Of a stretch of 63,967 nt of DNA, positions 56,365 through 63,967 are shown piece after piece. The stretch is from Vitrella brassicaformis CCMP3155. Lineage: Eukaryota > Protista > Chromerida. The notes beneath the pieces are model-generated. The model was not told where the DNA came from. It did not search any database and saw only the letters and a program-made list of their open reading frames with translations. The stretch lies in assembly GCA_001179505.1 (NCBI GenBank), contig CDMY01000313.1:1-63967 (forward strand). Reading direction: 5' to 3'. A program made the translations under genes and the position numbers. The number at the start of each line of letters is the position of its first letter. Positions within the stretch are counted from its first letter, which is position 1.

Positions 56365-58845
56365 TCACACAAACGCGCCCAGCACCTTGGACCGCTCCCT
56401 CTCCGCCTCGGTGAGGAGCGAATCGGGGATGACCTCGAGGATCTCAAAGTCGGGCTGCCGCAGCGTCCAAACGCCCCGCTTGAAGCGGCCCTCCCACCCC
56501 CGCCGGTCACTGCACACCTGCATCAGCGTCTCAGGCTTGGCGCCGGGGTCGAAGATGAGCAGGAAGCGCTCAACTTCAGACCCCTTGCTGCGCTTCTGTG
56601 CGCCGATTATGGTGCGTGAGTGGCCCTGGTGCTGGAAGTAGAGAGGGGGGCGGCTGGTGCGGCGGACGGCCCCGGGGCGCAGTCCCTTCTTCTCGTGCTC
56701 GGGAAGGTCGCGGCCGTAGTAGTTCCACACGTACTCGAACATGCGATCGGTCATCCGCTGGTGGGCCGGGTCGACGGGCTTCTTGTTGCCGTTGTTGTTC
56801 TGCCCGCCCTTGCCGCGTCCCCGCCCTCGCCTGCCTCGCCCGCGACCCCCCCTGCCGCCCCGATGGTTGCCGCCGTTGCCCTGCTCGTTGAATGGGTGAT
56901 GGCGGTTGTCCTTGTTGCGGCCATTGCGCTCTGGCTGGAAGTAGTCGCGGATGTCCGACGAGGGGGGCGCCTTGGAAGCGGTGATGAGGGGCAGCCAGTC
57001 GGATTTCTTCTGCTTCTGCTTGCCGTTGCCGGGTGCCCAGTCGGAATCGCCGTCGACGTCGTCGTCCGAGTCGCCACCGTCCTCCTTCTCTGTCTCGTCG
57101 TCTTCGATGGCGCGTGGCTTGCGATCGGCCGGGGAGGGCGAGCCGTCCAGGACGATCGCATCATCGTCATGCCCCTTGCCGGCACCGCTGGATGGAGGGG
57201 CTGGGGGAGGGGGAGGGGCGGCAGCCGCAGCCGCCGATGAGGATGCGCCGGCATTGGTGTTCTTGTAGAGGTCACTGTCTGCGCCGTTGTCGATGGCCGG
57301 CGGCGCGTCACTGGAGCCGGCGCCGTCGCCCTGCGGACCCCACACGCGCTGCGTCCGGGAGGTGAATGCGTGGATGTTGCACCGAATGTCCATCGAACGG
57401 AGCAGCGCCGCTACCTCAGTCGTACCTGCACACACCCACACACACAAGACATCCGCCTCAATTGCGCCCTCCCTCTCTGGCATCACCCCTCCCCTCCCCG
57501 CCCCTTCGCTCGCTCACCGATCCAGACATCTCTGTTGGCGAGCTGGCCTTGGAAGTGGAGGCATCCCTCGGGGTCCCAGCCGCCCTTCCACGCCCTCTCG
57601 ATGTAGAGCTGCATGGCGGCCACACACGGCACGAACCCTCGACCGCCGAACAGACGATTGCTGATGTGGGGATAGGCCTTGAGCAGGTGACTCATGACCA
57701 TCTGGGCGTTCTTGTACCCACACGCCCACCTGACAGACGGAAGGAGGCAGACAGACAGACAGACAGATGTGTCGGTGTGTGCGATGCTGGTCATGGTAAT
57801 GTCTGTCTGTGTGTGAGTGTGTGTGAGTGTGCAGCGGGGTGTGGCCCTCACCCCGCCTCCCCCTCGTCACGAGATGAATGGTAGTATGTGATGTCCGTCG
57901 ACCCCAGACGATACTCAGAGAAGCCCCCGTCGTTGGCCTCGCCCACTGCGGCACTCAGCTCACTCATGAGCGCGTCCACCCCGCCCACCTCCTGCGTGAG
58001 GACGTCCTCAGGGTTGGCGGGCGACATGTTGTGCAGTGCCTGCTGGAACAGCTGCGTGTCTGCCAGGGCGCCGCCGCCACCGTCCGCCCTGCCCGTGCCG
58101 AAGAGGGCGGCCTCCTGTTGCTGGATCTGCTTGGCGAGGGCGAGCGATGCTTCCTCCTGCTCCCGTTCCATGACCTTCCGGGCCATGAGGGCGTCTGTAT
58201 GGGGTGGGAGGTGAGGGAGGTGAGGGAGGTGAGAGAGGTGAGAGAGGGGGGAGGGGGAAGAGGGAGAGCGGATAGTGTGGCTTAAGTTGATGTGGGGTGG
58301 GGTCTGTGGTGGGCTGTGGGGTGTGTGGTTGGCTACCTGATGAAGACGATGGCCACTGTGCGTTTCCTTCCTCGTGTTGTGGCGTGTTGTTGTGCTGCAG
58401 CTGCTCTAGGTCCTTCCGCTCCAGCCGCTTGGCCAACTCCACTGACGAAGGGCCCTCTGCAAGACAACAGAGAGCACAGAGGGGGGGTGTCTTGTAGGTT
58501 AATGGATTTGCCATCTCACGCAGTCACCTGCACTTGCTGACGCTGCGGCTGCAGCATTCCGTCCGCGTGATGACGGTCTCCGCTCAAACTCCTCCGCCAG
58601 CTGCCGTGCCAGTGCCTCGTCAGAGAGTTGTTGCCCACCACCAGCACCAGCACCACCAGCACCAGCACCAGCACCAGCACCACCACCACCAGCAGCACCT
58701 TGGCCATACTCATCATACTGACAGAACACACACAGCGAGCAGAGAGGCACGTGTGCTGCCTGGGGCAGCACAGCCGCCAGAGGCGTTAGCTGCCTGTCCT
58801 GCGCCTGACCTGCAGTTTCAACGCCAGCTCCTCGTCTGACGTCAT
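56365..58845 (-). CDS. ZUP1: ZUP1/ZUFSP-like peptidase C78 deubiquitinase with N-terminal MIU-like ubiquitin-binding repeats
   Basis: Cys box G|WACGYKNAQM, WIG|TTEVAALL, His box LYFQHQGHSRTIIG, LLIFDPG. N-terminal repeats SDEELALKLQ, SDEALARQLAEEF, SVELAKRLE, ASLALAKQIQQQE. Confidence 0.9.
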
Positions 58846-59075
58846 GAGTGACCGACGACGACGAGTCATTACACAAGTCCAATTACGCTTACAGCGAACT
58901 GAACGAGTTCAACGATATAGGAAAGCCGATATGGACGGCTTCTCAGGACTCTGACGTACGAGGAAAACTCTCAGGATTCACGCCAACACGTGGCGATTTC
59001 ATTCTCGCAGCTCGCAATCGTTGGCCGGTTTTCCTGGGCCGGCCGATTTCTCGCCAAAGAAGAGGAAAGATCAGA
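58846..59075. promoter_or_regulatory. Probable bidirectional promoter between ZUP1-like and SLD5
   Basis: Divergent ATGs 230 bp apart; contains a CACGTG motif and a TGACGT motif. Function inferred from geometry only. Confidence 0.45.
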
Positions 59076-60665
59076 ATGGATACTGGCGCTGATGACGAGT
59101 TTCTGTACGGCGAGGGTGCCAACTACGGCAACCAAAACGACGACGAGCAGATGCCCGAGTACACGCCCCGGGCCGAGTCGGATGAGCACAACGGCGGCTT
59201 CGCCCAGGTAGGGGGCTTCGAGAGCAGCTACGCGGCCGACGAGCGCAAGATCCGTCAGCCTGACGGGGATGACATTGACGGGGGAGATCCGCATGACCGT
59301 GCGGTGGCGGTGCTGCGTGTGTACCACATGAATGAGAAGGCGGCGCCTGAGCTGCTGAAGATGCGGCAGGAGGTGATCGACGCCATTTCCGACGTGGCCA
59401 GCATCGCGTTGATGGAGGTGCGCAGGGGAGGACACCACATGGGCGGACGGGCCGATGGGTGCATGGGTTGCTCTGTGTGTCCGGGCGTGGTATGTGTTCA
59501 TGCAGCTGGAGATGGCTTCTCGGAAGCCTTGGTCGGATTTCCTGGGCCGCATGCAGATGCTGGACAGCAGGAGGGTCCTCTACATCATACACGACCTGTT
59601 CAGAGCCAGAATGAGCAAGGTAGGTACTGACTGGCAATACGCCTATCGCACGACACCACACCACACCACACCACCACACCACAACCCACACCCCATTTGT
59701 GTGTGTATGTGTGTGGGGGGATGGATGGTCAGATATTGTCGAACCTGCGGTACTACGTGACGACTGCCGAGGACCGCCTCTCAGAGGCCGAGAAGAAATT
59801 CGCCAGACGGTACATTGATCGGCCGATCAAGTGAAGGCCTCTCCTCGTCCGGCCCTCTCACCATCCGTGTGTGTGTGTTGCTGCTGCTGTTGCTGTCGCT
59901 ATCGCTGTGTGCAGTGTGTTGAAGCTGACGGATGAGCACTTGGGTGTGCTGTTCGTCAGCAAGCTCGACCGCCTGAGGGCGCGCGACGGCGTCAGGAAGA
60001 AGGTCAAGGCCCTGGACGAACCAAGGATGAGTACGCACGCGTAGAGGCGGGGGAAGGCAGCCAGCCAGCGGGGTGCAGGGCAGGAGGGGATCTGTCTGTG
60101 TGTGTGTGTGTGTGCAGTATCGAAGCCGAAGATGCACACACACGTCTTCTGCAGAGGTGGGTGGGAGAGGTGCGCGAGGCGGGGCGGGGCGGGGCGGGGC
60201 GGTAGCACACACATCCTGATTGACGTCTGTCTTTCCTCCGCCCTTTTCTGTCTTTGTCCCTCTCTTTGCCAGTGGTTGAGGACGTCGGCACCAAGAGATT
60301 CACCACACAGTGAGGGAGCGAGCGAGAAACGCACTCACTCGTACACACAAGTGTGTTTGGATCCATGTGTCCGTCCGTACGTCGGTGGCTGGGTGGATGC
60401 GGATGGATGGATGGATTCTGCGTGTCTGTCTGCACACAAAGGAGTGGTGGTGAGGAGAGCGAGACTCTGATGACGGGGGAGACCCTGGTGATCAACTACA
60501 GCGCCATCAGGCGAGTTGGTGGGCTGGTTGGAGAGAGACTGCACATGTGGTCTGACACTTGCGTGGTGGATCTCTCCTTCTGTGTTTGTGTGCAGGGACG
60601 AGGTAGAGAGGGGCAGCGTACGGCTCGTCAAGGCCAGGGCCACACACAAGGCCGCACCCGTATAG
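59076..60665 (+). CDS. SLD5: GINS complex subunit 4 (Sld5)
   Basis: MNEKAAPELL; LDSRRVLYIIHDLFRARMSK|I; LSEAEKKFA; B-domain KPKMHTHVFCR|VVEDVG...GETLVINYSAIR|DEVERGSVRLV (last intron GC-AG); TAG 60663-60665. Confidence 0.92.
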
Positions 60666-61488
60666 ACCGAATGAACGAACAGAATGACGCGTAATGGTAG
60701 ATGACGTGTGCGGGTGCGAAGCTGACCACACGGATGGCAATACCCATGTATGTGTGTGTGGAGGCTGGCAGAATGGATGGACGCAATTGCTTTCTGACGC
60801 TTGATTGACCCAGCCCACCCACCCACCCACAGCACACAGCGTCGCGTCGGTCGCATCGCTCGACACCTCACCACAGGCAGCACACACATCAACACAGCAC
60901 GACAGACAGTAAGTCAGACAGTCAGTCAGACAGCGCCTGAGGATACTCAGTCAGTATGGATGGACTCTCAAAGCTCACACACATCCACACACGTCGAGGG
61001 AGGCGGGCACAGACACACGCAGAGAGCAGACAGACAGACAGACAGACAGGCAGGACGGGCAGCTGGAGTAGAGCAAGGAAGAGTGAGTGGGTGGATGGGA
61101 TGAATGGGGCGAGGGGCCGGCGTCGACGAGTTAGTTAGCTGCAGAGCGCTGCCTGCCGGAGCACACGCACCCTCACACACGCACATACACATGCAGACGG
61201 GAAAAAACACAGCGATCCACAACACGCAACACAGAAAGAGCGAGTAGGGACCACCGCCCACCCCGGTTGCCCCAACCTAGCTATCCGATCGGCTGCATGT
61301 CGGGTGCCCCTCCCCTCCCTCCCTCCCTCTGTCATGTGGCGATTCGCGTCCACGTCACACATCTCATTAGAGAGCCACCGCACACACAAACACAAACACA
61401 CACACGTACAGGGACTCTCAGGCAAACAGACGGAAAAATCGCCACAGACAGACAGACATACTGATCCGACCCTCCCATCCACTCCACC

Positions 61489-61788
61489 NNNNNNNNNNNN
61501 NNNNNNNNNNNNNNNNNNNNNNNNNNNNNNNNNNNNNNNNNNNNNNNNNNNNNNNNNNNNNNNNNNNNNNNNNNNNNNNNNNNNNNNNNNNNNNNNNNNN
61601 NNNNNNNNNNNNNNNNNNNNNNNNNNNNNNNNNNNNNNNNNNNNNNNNNNNNNNNNNNNNNNNNNNNNNNNNNNNNNNNNNNNNNNNNNNNNNNNNNNNN
61701 NNNNNNNNNNNNNNNNNNNNNNNNNNNNNNNNNNNNNNNNNNNNNNNNNNNNNNNNNNNNNNNNNNNNNNNNNNNNNNNNNNNNNNNN
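61489..61788. other. Assembly gap (300 N), intergenic
   Basis: Run of n. Confidence 1.
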
Positions 61789-63543
61789 CCCCATATGCAG
61801 TGCAGCCACTCACTCTCAGCTAACGGGTGCCAGGACTCTCAGCTAATGCTGCTGCTGGCCTGTGTGTACTAGGTACAGAGAGAGAGGGGGAAGGGGCGGA
61901 GAGAAGGAAAGGCATGGAAGAGAGAGGAAAGGCCGCAAGGCAAGAAACCAAGAAGGATGTAGGACAAAACTGTTGGCGCTCGGCGTCTCTTTGTTGTTTG
62001 CTGTAGAAGGAAGGATAAGACGCGGCACTTCTTTCTTTCACACACACGACAAACCCCCCCCTCATCCCTCTCTCTGCTTTGGCGCTCTCGATCTCTCTAC
62101 CGACTCGCCCGGCCATCCATCAATTGGTGAGTGTGTGTATGTGTGTGTGAGTGTGTGCGTGTGTGTGTGTGTGTGTGTGCGTGTGTGGGCAGCAGTCACG
62201 TCACATGTTTGATGAGACAAAACGGCTGGCCGCCCACACCACACACACGCACACGAGAGCGGTGGCACTTCCGGCACTCTCCTGCACTGCCTCTCTCCCG
62301 TCCCCTTCCCCCTCCCCTCTGCACCCATAAATTGTGTCTCGGTGCGGATCAGTGAGTGGGTGGCCAGAACGTGTCAGGCAGGCCGTCCGTAGCTCTACAG
62401 CAGCAGCAGCACATGGACATACACATACACATACACATACACGCGGATTGGAAGAGGGACGAAGGAAGGCATGGAGGCGCCAAGACGGCGCCAAAAAATC
62501 GGAGCAGCGTAGCGTGCGTGGGGGCAGCTGCTCTCTGTTGTGCTCTCCTCTCCCCCTCTCTCTTTCTCTTGCGTGTGGTATGCACGGCTCGCCGCACTCG
62601 TGTAAGTCATACGGGCTGGTATGGCTGGATGTCTGTGTGTGGGCGCCACACTGCTGCTGGCCCAAGGGCCGCCCGATGAATGGAGATCGTTAGGAACCCC
62701 CCCTCTCCCCCTTCATTCATGCGCACGCAAGAAGCCAGCCAGAAGAAGCCCAGTGGAATGGAAGACAGAAGCAAGAAAGAAGGAAAGCGGCTGCACATGG
62801 ATTGGATTGCCCCACACACAACATCTCTCTACAATACAACGAAAGCGCTACCAGTCAATTCAAAGGTAGGTGTTTCAAAGCAACACACCCCAGCCAACCC
62901 CGGGACTTGACATAGAAAAAACAACAACACCACAGCGCCACTTCCTTTGGTTGTGTCCCTCTGGGCTGGGTGGAGTCTGCTCGGCAGAGTCCAAGGCCGC
63001 CATCTCATTTGAGAGCAGAGGTAGTGGGTTCCTCTGGTCGCAAACAGGATGGCTGACACAGACCTTGACGCGCAAACACCTCACCCAACGAGGGAAGACC
63101 GTCACCCGGTCTGTCTGTCTGTCTGCCGTCCTCGTGTGTCTCTGCCCTGTGTGTGGGGGCTGTGTACTGCTCGGTTCGCCGCCCAGCGCGCCGGCAGCAC
63201 ACTTATGAGAAGAGAGTGGCTCGTCTCTTCCCGTCAGTGAAGCGGCCGCACCGAGCGGCGCACCAAGCAACACACACACACACGCGGGAGGCTGGCAGAT
63301 TTACGTTTGGGCAAAACTGATATGGATACACACAGCAGAGAGGGTGCAACACAACTCAGCTCAGGCAGGAAACACCCTCCCCCCCTCCATCTCTCTCTCC
63401 CCTCCCTCCCTCCCTCCCTCCCTCACTACATCCCTCTCTCCCTCCCTCTCTCTACAGGCGCCTTCCGTGAAGGCACCACAGACTGCCCCCAGATGTCAGA
63501 TGTCATCCACACATCGTCCGTCGATTGTCTGTCTGTCTATCGT

Positions 63544-63886
63544 CTAGCTGGCGTTGGCCTTGGTGAAGGTGAGGTTGTTCTCCTCCGCGAACCGCTCCAT
63601 GAACCGCATGAACCGCGACCAACCGTCGGGGCCCTGCATCACATACGTCGCCTGCACCACACACATCACAACACACATCACACAACACACACACACACAT
63701 GCAGCTGTCCCCGGGGGGCCTTTGTGTGGGGCGGATCGGTCGCTTACTGACCTCTATAGCGTTTGGCACATTGTCGACGAACCGTGCCTTGACGTCCCGC
63801 GTGAGCAGGACGCCCTCCTCGTCTATCAGGTACATGCCCGTCACCTCGCCCAACTGCGGATCGACCTCACGGAACAAATCCGGGTC
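63544..63886 (-). CDS. psb28: Photosystem II assembly factor Psb28, last two exons (5' part outside the window)
   Basis: [34 protein letters not shown]|[31 protein letters not shown], matching the Psb28 signature [13 protein letters not shown]...[16 protein letters not shown]. Confidence 0.93.
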
Positions 63887-63967
63887 CTTACAGACACAGA
63901 CACACAGACACAGAGGCAGGTGAGGAGGGCAATGATGAGAGAGAGGGGGGGGGGGGGGGGGGGGGGG

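Noticed and set aside
60700-63500. ORFs in the SLD5-psb28 spacer
   Set aside because: Dominated by (CA)/(GT)/(GACA) repeats and UTR-like sequence; no coding signal.
63946-63967. Terminal poly-G run as a G-quadruplex element
   Set aside because: An intronic homopolymer at the window edge, similar to those at assembly breakpoints elsewhere; cannot be evaluated.
1-63967. tRNA, rRNA or autonomous transposase/reverse transcriptase genes
   Set aside because: No cloverleaf/box A-B pattern, rRNA signature, or DDE/RT motif recognised by eye; a covariance-model search could still find small ncRNAs.

Overview
Eukaryotic nuclear DNA: GC-rich, dense in short microsatellite-filled introns, with four 300-N assembly gaps. 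The gene content (ApiAP2 factor, ISP-like PH protein, nuclear psb28, expanded BTB-TLDc family) points to a photosynthetic relative of apicomplexans, most likely the chromerid Vitrella brassicaformis or a close relative (inference). I spliced about 13 genes by hand: multi-AP2 transcription factor (-), three BTB/POZ-TLDc paralogues (+), a coiled-coil protein (-), a bacterial-type GH13 maltodextrin glucosidase (-), eIF3c (+), a ~19 kb secreted mosaic gene (-), an ARM-like/RING protein (+), a tandem ISP-like PH protein (-), a ZUP1-like C78 deubiquitinase (-), SLD5/GINS4 (+) and the 3' part of psb28 (-). Main highlights: (1) the giant mosaic gene, reading signal peptide - cystatin-like - C-type lectin - papain domain with catalytic His->Gln - 25 or more EGF modules - C-type lectin - three H-lectin-like super-repeats - C-type lectin - SUEL lectin; (2) a 494-bp non-autonomous DNA transposon with TIRs, an 8-bp TSD and internal telomeric repeats, inserted in exon 1 of a BTB-TLDc gene; (3) introns with complementary 5' (AC/GACA) and 3' (GT/TGTC) microsatellites; (4) several apparent disabling lesions. 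All domain calls come from motif recognition by eye; no searches were run.
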